Positions 19,126-28,386 of a stretch of 64,000 nucleotides of DNA are shown one piece after another. Made by a program: the position numbers and the translations under genes. The stretch covers positions 23,261 to 87,260 of IMG/VR virus record IMGVR_UViG_3300009868_000003. One strand, written 5' to 3'. The first letter of the stretch is position 1, and each line of letters opens with the position of its first letter. Origin of the DNA: a virus. Taxonomy: Duplodnaviria > Caudoviricetes. The notes beneath the pieces were generated by a model. It saw nothing but the letters and a program-made list of their open reading frames with translations, made no database searches and was not told where the DNA came from.

Positions 19126-20085
19126 ATGAAACCAAGATTTTTCTTAACTGAAAAGCAAATCATTAAATCGTTTTACGGTTACTTAAATGAAGACTCAGCA
19201 AATGCCCAACGTAAGCCCGAGATTCAGACAGACACCGTGGACGCATTCTTTAGGTCACTTACTGATTTTGCATCTTCTGGGAAAGAGCTTAAGAGAGTGT
19301 CCCAAAACATTCCATACTCAAAGGAAGTTGAGTTAATTCAAGCCGGATTAAATTATTTAGGATACCCTTTGCCTAAATTTGGAGTAGATGGTCTTTTTGG
19401 TCCTGAGACCGAAGCTGCCGTTAAGTCCTTTCAAGATGCTCATAAGATGGAACCGACTGGTATAATGAATGGTGAAATGGTTAAGACTCTCATTGATGAT
19501 TTACATGGAGACAATTTTGACCAAAATAAGCTTAAAGAATACTTAGGAGATCAGGTTAATTATATGAAGGGAGACGCTCTTTTAAAAGACCCTGCATTTT
19601 TAACAAGACTGAGTGAGATTAGTTCTTCAATTGGTGTCAAACCAGAAGACCTTGCACGAGTAATGAAGGCTGAGTCTGGTCTTAATCCTAAGGCGACAAA
19701 TCCTTACAGTGGAGCATGTGGACTTATCGGTTTCATGCCTTCTATCGCAACCACATTAGGAACGTCAGCTTTTGAACTTAAGAAAATGAATGCAATTCAA
19801 CAGCTTGATTTTGTTGAAAAGTATTATAAACCATATGCTGGAAGACTTCATGGATTAGAAGACATTTATTCTGTAACTTTTTATCCCCCGCTATTAGGAA
19901 AGGACATGAATTATGTAATAGGTTCAGAAAAGGGCGAAAATTATGCAAGATTAGTCGCCACTCAAAATCCAGGAATTGCAAAAGGAAAGGAATTTGCGAC
20001 CAAACAAGATTTCTTTGATTATTTAGGAAAAGTTAGGGCGCTTGCTTTACCTATCTCCCAGCTTCCCGGCCCAAGGCTTAGTTAA
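19126..20085 (+). CDS. Peptidoglycan-binding domain plus SLT-type lytic transglycosylase
   Basis: VDGLFGPETEAAVKSFQ; MKAESGLNPKATN..GACGLIGFMP. Confidence 0.82.
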   Translation: MKPRFFLTEKQIIKSFYGYLNEDSANAQRKPEIQTDTVDAFFRSLTDFASSGKELKRVSQNIPYSKEVELIQAGLNYLGYPLPKFGVDGLFGPETEAAVKSFQDAHKMEPTGIMNGEMVKTLIDDLHGDNFDQNKLKEYLGDQVNYMKGDALLKDPAFLTRLSEISSSIGVKPEDLARVMKAESGLNPKATNPYSGACGLIGFMPSIATTLGTSAFELKKMNAIQQLDFVEKYYKPYAGRLHGLEDIYSVTFYPPLLGKDMNYVIGSEKGENYARLVATQNPGIAKGKEFATKQDFFDYLGKVRALALPISQLPGPRLS

Positions 20086-20547
20086 CGAACCGTCTGGGTT
20101 TAGTCCAATGAACCCTGGGTTCTTATGATATTGTGCGATTGGGTCAATTGGTGTTATGTCTCTCCATTCAGACTTTTGGGTTCCAAATTCAAACATGTCT
20201 CCGTTTTTAAACTCTCGATTAGGACCTCGCATCTTCTGTTCCATCTGCTCAACCCATCTAGCTTCAGCGTTTTCTTTCTTTTTTCGGGCTTGATCTAATA
20301 ATCTATTTAGATTTGCCTGATGGTGTTGTACCTCATCTACCTTAAAAAATTCATAGGTCATTGTGTTAGGACTTATCCTAAGATAACCTAACGGACCTCT
20401 AGTCCTTGAAATAATCTGCCACGGTGAACTCCCACCTTGTGTAAAGTTCTGTATAAAAAGAGGTAGGGTTGACGGGTCTTCTTCGAACTCTTTAATAAGA
20501 TAGTCGAAAATATTAGACAGAAGTACTATTGGATCCATATATTCCAA
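20047..20547 (-). CDS. hypothetical protein
   Basis: 166-aa ORF. Confidence 0.6.
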   Translation of the reverse strand: MEYMDPIVLLSNIFDYLIKEFEEDPSTLPLFIQNFTQGGSSPWQIISRTRGPLGYLRISPNTMTYEFFKVDEVQHHQANLNRLLDQARKKKENAEARWVEQMEQKMRGPNREFKNGDMFEFGTQKSEWRDITPIDPIAQYHKNPGFIGLNPDGSLTKPWAGKLGDR

Positions 20548-20716
20548 TTCTTTTTAGGAACTCAAAAACGACCTTCACATTTGTTTTAATCGGTTCTTCA
20601 GTCAAGGGTTTGTATCGAGTTCCAGATTTTGAGACCCATGGATTTATGCCATGTCGTTTGCAATATTCCATATCAATATCTGTTTTAAACGTTACTCCCT
20701 TAAGAGACCTTCTCAT
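20513..20716 (-). CDS. small hypothetical protein
   Basis: 67-aa ORF filling the gap after fpg. Confidence 0.4.
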   Translation of the reverse strand: MRRSLKGVTFKTDIDMEYCKRHGINPWVSKSGTRYKPLTEEPIKTNVKVVFEFLKRIGIYGSNSTSV

Positions 20717-21601
20717 ACCTTTTATCTATTTTGAATGGAATCCCAATGGATCCTTGAACACGAGGGACCATGTGTGTGGTCCTTCCGTCTGAAGTCTTTA
20801 TTCTAATAACATCATTTAGTTCTGGATCCTTTGTTTGTCCATAAACTTGAAGCATTTTAGCGAAAGTTCCCCGATTTCCATCGAGGTCGACGTAATCACG
20901 GATAGTGTTTCCACCGTACTTAAGACTCAGCTTGGCCACTTTTTGGGCCTGCATAATCGTTTCTGCAATTTTTTCGGCAGATAGATCTTTTAATTGAGAC
21001 TCAGGGTGAACCTTTGCGTAATATAAAGCCTCACACTTTATATAATTGCCGATACCTGCAACGAAATGTTGGTCCATAAGAGTTTTACAGATACTTTGAT
21101 TAGGTTTTTAGTCTTAATTTCGTTTGAAATTGATAGGGCCTCATCTTCGGTTATTTCAAACAGGTCCGGACCAAACTGTCTTAATTTTTTATTGAAGTCT
21201 TCGGCCGTCATAAAGTGAATGTAACCGAACTTTCGTGGGTCGTTATAGACCAGAAAATCTTCATTTCCATCTCCGTCTGATAGACAAAATGCAAACCTGT
21301 CGTGTTTCTTAACCTTTCGTGAATTAAGGACTGGGTCGTTGTTTGAGTTTACAAGTCTAAACGACCCAGTCATACCGAGACTACAGACTATGAAATAGTC
21401 TTCAAAATCAAACCAAATCATCTTACCTCTCCTTGAAACTTCCATAAGCTTTAATTGCTTGATGTCTTTCCAGAAGTCGGTTCCCTTTACTCTTTTAATA
21501 AATGAGGAATCACCTAAATACTCTACTGATATTAAATTCCTGTGTATAAGGACGTCATGTAACTGTCCGACTATTCTTTCTACTTCTGCCGCTTCTGGCA
21601 T
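20700..21601 (-). pseudogene. fpg: Fpg/Nei DNA glycosylase split by a one-base frameshift near 21105-21109 (real lesion or assembly error)
   Basis: N-half MPEAAEV, RRGK, LGMTG, DPRKFG; C-half MDQ..VAGIGN (H2TH) and zinc-less finger GRTTHMVP in the -1 frame. Confidence 0.8.
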
Positions 21602-22431
21602 CTTTGCGTGTTTGTGGTTATTAAAACTTCTTCCACGGGTTTTCTATTGTCACCCTTAGCATTAATATACCTAGGGGCTAACACCGTTTCCACATTAAAT
21701 ATTGTGTCAGAATAAAGGTTTTGAATAAACTCACAGTTTGAATTAGAAAGTATCACATGGACACCATGAGATGCTAGAGACTTAGCAAAATCTCGAAGGG
21801 TTGTCTGTTGTTCAATCTCAAACCTATTTCCATTATAAGTTTTGTATGATCTTTCGGTTATTGGAAAATATGGAGGGTCAAAATAAACTAAGTCTCCTTC
21901 AATTGGCTCAATTTCATCAAAGCTTCCTGTAAATATTCTGGCAGACTGTAATGCCTGGCTTGAAGCAGATATTCCTTCAGGTGTACATAAAGTCGGATTT
22001 TTAGCTTTACCGAATGGGACATTATTTTTTCCTGTCTTAGAGCTTATTCGCCACATTCCATTAAATCCAGTCTTGTTTAAATATATGAACCATGCTGCTC
22101 TTGAAATAGCATCAACAGGTTCATTTGCTCTCTGAGCATAATAGAACTCTTCAGAGTGATTCTCCTTATACCATTTTAGTTTATTAATCAATTCGTCTGG
22201 ATGATTCCTAACAACCTCGTATGCGTTTATAAGAGTTCCGTTGATGTCAGATATGATTGCATTTTTTTCTTCTGTGCAGAAGCGTCCCTGGTTCCACAGT
22301 TCATAGAAAAGAGCTCCACCTCCAATAAATGGTTCCCAATATCTGTTAAATTTTTCGGGAACCCTTTTTAAGATTTCAGGTAAAAGAGATCGCTTGCCGC
22401 CGATCCATTTAATAAATGGTTTTGCTTGCAT
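21580..22431 (-). CDS. dam: N6-adenine DNA methyltransferase, Dam/D12 class
   Basis: KPFIKWIGGK, EPFIGGGA, YLNKTGFNG, YFDPPY. Confidence 0.88.
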   Translation of the reverse strand: MQAKPFIKWIGGKRSLLPEILKRVPEKFNRYWEPFIGGGALFYELWNQGRFCTEEKNAIISDINGTLINAYEVVRNHPDELINKLKWYKENHSEEFYYAQRANEPVDAISRAAWFIYLNKTGFNGMWRISSKTGKNNVPFGKAKNPTLCTPEGISASSQALQSARIFTGSFDEIEPIEGDLVYFDPPYFPITERSYKTYNGNRFEIEQQTTLRDFAKSLASHGVHVILSNSNCEFIQNLYSDTIFNVETVLAPRYINAKGDNRKPVEEVLITTNTQRCQKRQK

Positions 22432-22465
22432 AGATAATATTTTATTAAAAAATCGCTAGAAGTTT

Positions 22466-22666
22466 ATGTATTATTTAGTAAACGTTAAGTTTGAAGTCCC
22501 AACTGAAAAAGAGGGCAAAACAAAAACAATCAAGGAACTTTATGTCGTTTCAGCAGACTCAGTGTCAGCTGCCGAGAAAAAAGCTCTTGATGCAACAGGT
22601 GAAGGAACAAGCGAAAGGGTAGTAGAGTCCGTAAGGGAATCTAAGATTCTTGGAGTCCTAAGGTAA
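22466..22666 (+). CDS. DUF4494-like small protein (Bacteroidota-associated)
   Basis: V.FE...EGK.KTIKELYVVSA.S.S.AE pattern. Confidence 0.6.
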   Translation: MYYLVNVKFEVPTEKEGKTKTIKELYVVSADSVSAAEKKALDATGEGTSERVVESVRESKILGVLR

Positions 22667-22945
22667 AACCTGTTTAAAAGAAATGGCGACAGCTGCATCT
22701 ACTGTCTTACAACGTTTGAGGTTCTTAGAAAGAACCTCAACCATTTCTTTTTCATGACCCTTTAAAATTTTAAAGCAATCTGTTCTGTCAGTATGTACTA
22801 TACTACTGATAAACTCTATGGCTTTAGCATCACCGACTAGGATGTCATATTTGATGTATCTTTCCCTAAAGCCTTTATATCCAAGTTCTAGAATTTCGTC
22901 TAAAAGACTATTGATGTCTCGTAAGTAAAGCTTGTGTAAACCCAT
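22658..22945 (-). CDS. hypothetical protein
   Basis: 95-aa ORF. Confidence 0.55.
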   Translation of the reverse strand: MGLHKLYLRDINSLLDEILELGYKGFRERYIKYDILVGDAKAIEFISSIVHTDRTDCFKILKGHEKEMVEVLSKNLKRCKTVDAAVAISFKQVLP

Positions 22946-22960
22946 TATTTAAGAAGTTTT

Positions 22961-23179
22961 TTAAGAGCCACAGGTACACACTACTGTCTTATTTTTCTTA
23001 CCTCGCAATAAGAAAAATAAACCAAAGAAGAGTGCCGAAAGGCAATAGAAAATACCGTCCGTAATCCAATATGACCCTGTCAACTTCATGATGTAAGCAA
23101 AAAGGGCATCGAATCCAAATGGGTTGAAGAAAGTTGCAAGCACTAAGAAGCCTGAAGCTATTGTTTTTCGGTTCAACAT
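22961..23179 (-). CDS. small membrane protein
   Basis: Two hydrophobic helices. Confidence 0.55.
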   Translation of the reverse strand: MLNRKTIASGFLVLATFFNPFGFDALFAYIMKLTGSYWITDGIFYCLSALFFGLFFLLRGKKNKTVVCTCGS

Positions 23180-23280
23180 TACACGTGGAAGGATCTGAGT
23201 CCATAAAAAGGTTATATTTCAGCTGAGGGAGACGCTAAGTCATCTCAAAAGGAACAGTAAAGTCTGTTCTATTTTATCTA

Positions 23281-23526
23281 TTACCATTTGGGCGGTTTTA
23301 GGGGACAATGGAACATCTTAAGACGAGTCTTTACCTCTAAAAAACAACCACATTCCATACACCTTGAAAGTATAGGATCATAATAATCACAACCTTGACA
23401 TATCTCCATCCTGGCATCTTTTTCTTCGTCTGTTGTAAATATGTTTTCTGTTATTCGGGTAAGGGCGTTCTTTTTCTTCGGTTGACTGCTACCTTCACAC
23501 CCACAGTCCTCTTCGTTTTCTGTCAT
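23281..23526 (-). CDS. Cys-rich protein, DUF6171-like
   Basis: R..ICQGC...RCMECGC....KT......CP...KW. Confidence 0.65.
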   Translation of the reverse strand: MTENEEDCGCEGSSQPKKKNALTRITENIFTTDEEKDARMEICQGCDYYDPILSRCMECGCFLEVKTRLKMFHCPLKPPKW

Positions 23527-23543
23527 ACAACACAGTCTTTTTA

Positions 23544-24446
23544 TTATTTAAAGTCCTCACGGTACTTTAAGACGGCCAGGTCCTTTGACTTCGCTTCACA
23601 TTCAATGTCAAGGACAAGATCATACTGATTGACCCTCTGATATAGGTAATCAGCATGAGCCCTTTCCATTATTTTATCGTTTTCAAACTTACGTTTAGAA
23701 TCAGAATAATGAACAAGCGGAGTTAGACCTTTCCATGTGCTTGCACTAAGTCGAAGAGCATCCTCTTCACTAAGTCCATCGGGGTGTATAGAATGATGAA
23801 GATAATCAAAGGTTATTGGAATTCCAATTTTAAGAAAGACATGGTCAAATAAATCCTTTACAGAATACTGAGAAGTCTTATCGTCGTTTTCAACGACCAA
23901 TCTATTTTTAGCATCCTGTGAAAGTTTATTAAAGTTTTGACAGAATTTTTCTAAGCACTGGTACTTGTCATCATATGTTGCCCCCACGTGAATGTTTATT
24001 GGAAACCGGTTGGTTGAAGGAAGCCCCATTAGTGTAAATATTCTGGCATGTTGATTGAGATCGATTATTGAAGAGGTTACGACCTCGTCACGTTTAGAAC
24101 AAAGGACGTTAAAGTGTCCAGGATGAAAGGAAACCCTCAAGTTATTGTCAAGGACAAATCGACCGATTTCCAACAATTTTTCCTGAATTTGATTAAAGTT
24201 TGGAAGGTCCTCAAATTCATATTCAGACATCCATGGAAATAAGTTACTAGAAAACCTATAGACTAAAATCTGATTTTCTAAGTTCCATCTAAGAACAGTT
24301 AAGAGATCCTGAATGTTTTCGTATGCAAGTTGACCAACGTATTTGAGACCCCTTTTGTTAAAGGTTCGTCTAATCATCTTACGGTTTGTGGAAACTCCCT
24401 GTTTTTCAAGGGTCAGACTTATACAGCAGTAACCGATGTTTTTCAT
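23544..24446 (-). CDS. uvsE: UV damage endonuclease (UvsE/UVDE)
   Basis: IGYCCI, RFSSNLFP, SFHPGHF, NIHVG, VENDD, FDYLHH, HADY, EAKSKD. Confidence 0.92.
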   Translation of the reverse strand: MKNIGYCCISLTLEKQGVSTNRKMIRRTFNKRGLKYVGQLAYENIQDLLTVLRWNLENQILVYRFSSNLFPWMSEYEFEDLPNFNQIQEKLLEIGRFVLDNNLRVSFHPGHFNVLCSKRDEVVTSSIIDLNQHARIFTLMGLPSTNRFPINIHVGATYDDKYQCLEKFCQNFNKLSQDAKNRLVVENDDKTSQYSVKDLFDHVFLKIGIPITFDYLHHSIHPDGLSEEDALRLSASTWKGLTPLVHYSDSKRKFENDKIMERAHADYLYQRVNQYDLVLDIECEAKSKDLAVLKYREDFK

Positions 24447-24455
24447 TTAGTTAAT

Positions 24456-25010
24456 CTACCTAAACGTCACTCCATAAACTTCATAAATTGCATCTAGACC
24501 CTTGTTTGATATTTCTCTGGTTCCTATACCTGCAAAGTCATTAGAAAGAATTGGAGCGTCACAGTTTAAAAATAAGCCGTTTTCAAACCCTTTCCATCTC
24601 TCACTTTTCTGGTCAAATAACCATACAGGTTTACCATCATCTATTGCCATCTGAACTGCCCAAGCTGTTCCTCCGCTTACTATTGAGTCTGTTAAAAGAG
24701 TCCCGACCGCGAAAATCTCTTCACTGTTTTTGACTTGGTACCAGTTTCTATAAAGTAAGGAATTAACAAAAACATTTGAAGAAGGAAATCGTCTCTTTAG
24801 GGTCTCATTTGCCTTAATTAGTTTAGGTGTTGCCTCGAGTTTTGCTTCTTCGAATGGAATTGGAGTGTTTCCCTTTTGAGTCACATAAGGTTCAGTGTAA
24901 TAATGTCTAAATTTAGTTACACCAAACTGTCTACCGATCATGTCCCAAGCAGTGTCAGAACCTATTGCTCCTCCTGAATGTCCTGTAAAATCTGATGGGT
25001 TTCTTTTCAT
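24456..25010 (-). CDS. SLOG superfamily protein (YpsA/YAcAr-like)
   Basis: HSGGAIGSD, SGGTAWAV, FAGIGTR. Confidence 0.55.
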   Translation of the reverse strand: MKRNPSDFTGHSGGAIGSDTAWDMIGRQFGVTKFRHYYTEPYVTQKGNTPIPFEEAKLEATPKLIKANETLKRRFPSSNVFVNSLLYRNWYQVKNSEEIFAVGTLLTDSIVSGGTAWAVQMAIDDGKPVWLFDQKSERWKGFENGLFLNCDAPILSNDFAGIGTREISNKGLDAIYEVYGVTFR

Positions 25011-25381
25011 AAGCTTTTTAAAAATTCTATGCAGTCATGGAGAGTCCTTGCATTTGAGTTACATAAAGCTGCAATCACTTCTCCATGACAATGCATATGT
25101 CTTATTGATGACTTACCTGTGGAAGGCTTCACACAACACCAACACCCCAAAGTCTTTCCCTTTAAATCAAGGACTTCGTCTATCTTTTCAGGATTTTCTA
25201 AAAGATAATCACGGTACTTTTTAACGGCCTCATATCTGCTAGTGACAACTTGATATGCAAGGGTCCTTTGGTCTTTTTTATGAGTGAATGGGTTTCCATA
25301 TTCAGACGGCCTACCTATGTAAACATCATATGGTGCTTTTTTGCAATGTACTACTGTTGTCATTCTAATGTATTTAACCAA
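25007..25381 (-). CDS. DUF4326 protein
   Basis: VVHCKK.PYDVYIGRPS.YGNPF; LKGKTLGCWC; CHGEV. Confidence 0.85.
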   Translation of the reverse strand: MVKYIRMTTVVHCKKAPYDVYIGRPSEYGNPFTHKKDQRTLAYQVVTSRYEAVKKYRDYLLENPEKIDEVLDLKGKTLGCWCCVKPSTGKSSIRHMHCHGEVIAALCNSNARTLHDCIEFLKSL

Positions 25382-25713
25382 TCGTCTTCTCCTGCTTTCC
25401 GTTCAGCTTCATCGAAGAAGTCGACATTTTTTGTCTTATTGCTTGAAAGTATATGAATTGCTTCAAGCGTCGTGTAATAACGAGCTTCACCGTTGTCCGG
25501 TTTCCACTTACGTCCTTTTGCTAAAAATTGAACTGTGATCTGATCCCCGACTGAGAGCTCTTTTACGAGGTCGCATTTAGCTTGGACCACTTGAAAAGTG
25601 ACATATTGTTTTCCGTCATTACCTCCTAGGACAACAAACTCTCTCTTTCTAAACTTATCACTTACTTGATTCTCGCTAAAGATCTTCTCGACCTTTCCTT
25701 TAAACTCTAACAT
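25360..25713 (-). CDS. DUF3127 OB-fold putative ssDNA-binding protein
   Basis: F.KREFVV, VGDQITV.F...GRKW, Y.TL.A..I, acidic C-tail. Confidence 0.75.
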   Translation of the reverse strand: MLEFKGKVEKIFSENQVSDKFRKREFVVLGGNDGKQYVTFQVVQAKCDLVKELSVGDQITVQFLAKGRKWKPDNGEARYYTTLEAIHILSSNKTKNVDFFDEAERKAGEDDWLNTLE

Positions 25714-26168
25714 TAAAGATTCATGTATTTTCTCGTGTTCTCAAATATTTCAGTAAGTTGAGGAGACATATCAAACCTCTCTGAGTTTACTTTAATGCTT
25801 TCTTCGAGGCTTCCGTTTGCTGTCCTTTCAGACGCAGCCTTCCAATCAAAAAACATTTCAATAATATCAAATAGATTCATCCCGTTTATACCGTTGGCAT
25901 AGTGTTGAGGGTGGTGAGAATTATTAGCATAGTGATGATGAAGAGCAACATTGAGCTCCTTAAGAGACTCGTGATATTCAGGAGAACCATATTTTAGGTT
26001 TTTAAGAATCGGAGTCATCTTGTCAAAAAGAGGCTTTTCAGGATCCTTTAGTTTGGAGTCGTCATGCTGACTTCCTCTTTTTAATAGTTCAGTTGCACTT
26101 ATGCTTAATAATTCAGAGACCCTTTTAATGTGCAATAGGGTGTCTGCTGCACTATCATAATTTTCCAT
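25713..26168 (-). CDS. DUF5662 HD-like protein
   Basis: HI..V, HDDSK, HHY.NNSHHP, EM..DW.AA; start set at MENY (ATG 26168). Confidence 0.7.
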   Translation of the reverse strand: MENYDSAADTLLHIKRVSELLSISATELLKRGSQHDDSKLKDPEKPLFDKMTPILKNLKYGSPEYHESLKELNVALHHHYANNSHHPQHYANGINGMNLFDIIEMFFDWKAASERTANGSLEESIKVNSERFDMSPQLTEIFENTRKYMNL

Positions 26169-26169
26169 C

Positions 26170-26646
26170 TTAAAAGTTTTCGTTTGTAAACCTTGCATCA
26201 TAGTCTGTAAATGAACTAAAATCCAAGTTATCTGCTTCAATTCTACGATCAACTGAATCACCTGGCATGATCCTTTCGTTTAACCTAAACCTTCTCAATT
26301 CGTCTGAGATGTCGAGATACATTATAAAGGATCTCTTCCTATCATCTTCTGTCAGTTGGGCTATTCCGGCAGGTGTCATCAAAAAGACATCTTTTTGGTC
26401 AAATTCTTTTTTAGACGTGCCGTACCACCAAGTGTTGAAATTTGCAGTCTCATAAAACTCTCCGTCTTGTTTCATTCTAAGAAACTCCTCTTCTGAAACA
26501 TAATAATACGTTTCGCCCTCGACTTCACCAGGTCTCATTGGCCTTGTTGTGTGACTTATTCCACACCTCAAACCACGGTTTCGTAATCTATTTTTTAGGA
26601 AGTCCTTTCCGGATGCAGCTTTTCCTGCAATGATAATCTTTGCCAT
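26170..26646 (-). CDS. gmk: guanylate kinase-like protein
   Basis: GKAASGKD P-loop, SHTTRPMRPGEVEG..Y.YVS..EF, WYGT. Confidence 0.85.
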   Translation of the reverse strand: MAKIIIAGKAASGKDFLKNRLRNRGLRCGISHTTRPMRPGEVEGETYYYVSEEEFLRMKQDGEFYETANFNTWWYGTSKKEFDQKDVFLMTPAGIAQLTEDDRKRSFIMYLDISDELRRFRLNERIMPGDSVDRRIEADNLDFSSFTDYDARFTNENF

Positions 26647-26685
26647 ATGCTTTACTAAATTTTACTCAGTAAAGCTGTATGGTTT

Positions 26686-26916
26686 TTAATGACTACGTCT
26701 AAATTCGTTCCATTCTTTGGTAAGCCTGGCAGTCAAACGACGGTCTGCTTCTTCTGCTTCTTCTTGTCGGTTTAAACCATTATGGTTTCGACCACATTTT
26801 TCACAAAACGAAGTTGAATAATCTTTATTTCGGTGATCACACCATTTGCATATCCAACGCGACTCGCTTGCGTCAATACACATCTCAAGGATCATTATTG
26901 GTGCTAATTTTTTCAT
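26686..26916 (-). CDS. small zinc-ribbon protein
   Basis: W.CKWC..RN......CEKC (RanBP2-like spacing). Confidence 0.55.
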   Translation of the reverse strand: MKKLAPIMILEMCIDASESRWICKWCDHRNKDYSTSFCEKCGRNHNGLNRQEEAEEADRRLTARLTKEWNEFRRSH

Positions 26917-26917
26917 G

Positions 26918-27271
26918 TTAAACTTTGTTTGGACTCATAGAATTATATAAGGCTCTGAGCAGCTCTAATGGATTTCTCTGGTAGTAAGCATCAATGACCA
27001 CTCGTGCCTCCTTTGATGAATCATATTCTCCGACAAGTTCATACCAATCGGAACGAAAGAACCCACCAGACGTCATAAAAATGTTTCCATGTTCCTTTCC
27101 TTTAAGGACCATTGTATCTTTGTTTTGAGTATAGATGACGTCTACTTCTTGCTCTCCAAATGGAGTCATCACCATTTCCTTACCATGTGTTCCTGGTTCT
27201 TTCATTTTAATATCCCGGTTCATGTGACCATGTGCATTTATGACAATATGAACCGTTCCAAGTTGGCACAT
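26918..27271 (-). CDS. hypothetical protein (true start probably later)
   Basis: ORF overlapping the NADAR 3' end. Confidence 0.5.
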   Translation of the reverse strand: MCQLGTVHIVINAHGHMNRDIKMKEPGTHGKEMVMTPFGEQEVDVIYTQNKDTMVLKGKEHGNIFMTSGGFFRSDWYELVGEYDSSKEARVVIDAYYQRNPLELLRALYNSMSPNKV

Positions 27272-28088
27272 GACAGTCTGGACAGGTTTTGCTAATTATT
27301 TCGACTTTTTTGGCATTTAAAACTGATACATTAAGATCCCATTCTTCAGGATCCTGTGGATGATTTGATTTGAATGAGTGCAACTCAATCGTACAACTAT
27401 ATGCACCAGGTTTAAGTATTCCGAACTTTTCTCTTTCAGATTTGGAAAAGTGAAAATTGTCGTCGTCTATTATATCGCTCAACTCTGGAATTTCTGGTGA
27501 ATCTGGAAATGGTTCCTCAATTAAAAAAACGTTTCCAAACTTAGATACTCCAATCACAATGTTATGAATATGAGTCTTGCTTGAAGTTCTAAATAGGGAA
27601 CTTGTTTCTCTTTCCTTTTCTAAGAAAGCTTCCCTAAGTTGGGTCAAAATTTCTCCCAAATAATTCTTACCTTCCCATGTTTCTCTGCTTTTTGCACGAT
27701 GATCAGACTCACGAAGTCCTATTCCCCAGATTTTGTCAAAAGGACTTGCTTCTACTAATGTAGTTCCATGAGTTGAAAGAAGGCTTTCATATAGTTTCTT
27801 GTTTTGTTTAAACTTGGCATAATTACCACGATAGACAACCTTTTTACAGATCTTGTCCCACTGTTCTGCCTTAAAGTTTTTAACTTCCCTTCCTAGTGCT
27901 TTTTGTTCCTTAGGGTCTGATGTTAACATTATTTTAGCTGCAGTGTCTTCGTCTCCGAAATATAATGCCTTTTGGTACATCATATATTGCTCAGCACAGT
28001 TATACTCTATACCGTTTATCCAAAAAACAGAAGGATGCCACTGTGAATAAATGTCCTCTGTTTTCCAAAAGAATGTAAATTTTTCCAT
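27207..28088 (-). CDS. NADAR (YbiA/DUF1768) domain with C-terminal extension and zinc ribbon
   Basis: SQW, AEQYMMYQKA, K.LGR.V, AKF.QN, LVEASP.D.IWGIG, N.LG..L; CPDC..CHKC at the end. Confidence 0.88.
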   Translation of the reverse strand: MEKFTFFWKTEDIYSQWHPSVFWINGIEYNCAEQYMMYQKALYFGDEDTAAKIMLTSDPKEQKALGREVKNFKAEQWDKICKKVVYRGNYAKFKQNKKLYESLLSTHGTTLVEASPFDKIWGIGLRESDHRAKSRETWEGKNYLGEILTQLREAFLEKERETSSLFRTSSKTHIHNIVIGVSKFGNVFLIEEPFPDSPEIPELSDIIDDDNFHFSKSEREKFGILKPGAYSCTIELHSFKSNHPQDPEEWDLNVSVLNAKKVEIISKTCPDCHVPTWNGSYCHKCTWSHEPGY

Positions 28089-28381
28089 TAGACTGTTTCT
28101 AAATGTTGTTCTGGGGTTAAGAAATGAAACTGTGACTGTGAATTACTATGACCGTCTACCTTTGTGGATGCTTCAAATGATTTTATGGAATCAAGTAATG
28201 ATATGTCTTCATGACATTGTAAAGTATTCCATAAATGAGTTTCTCCATTTCCTATAAACCAGTTTGACAAGAGCATTTTATCTTCTTCAAACACTAAAAG
28301 ATGGTAACCGAATGGTTTTCCCCAAACTCCAGGTTTCATTAGTCTATATCCCATTGATAATAGGTCTCTTTTGATTTCCAT
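28088..28381 (-). CDS. hypothetical protein
   Basis: 97-aa ORF in operon. Confidence 0.6.
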   Translation of the reverse strand: MEIKRDLLSMGYRLMKPGVWGKPFGYHLLVFEEDKMLLSNWFIGNGETHLWNTLQCHEDISLLDSIKSFEASTKVDGHSNSQSQFHFLTPEQHLETV

Positions 28382-28386
28382 GATTC

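Noticed and set aside
25713-26646. HD-like protein plus Gmk as part of a 2-aminoadenine (Z-genome) pathway
   Set aside because: No purZ is in the window, the HD protein is DUF5662-like rather than recognisably DatZ, and a Dam methylase is present.
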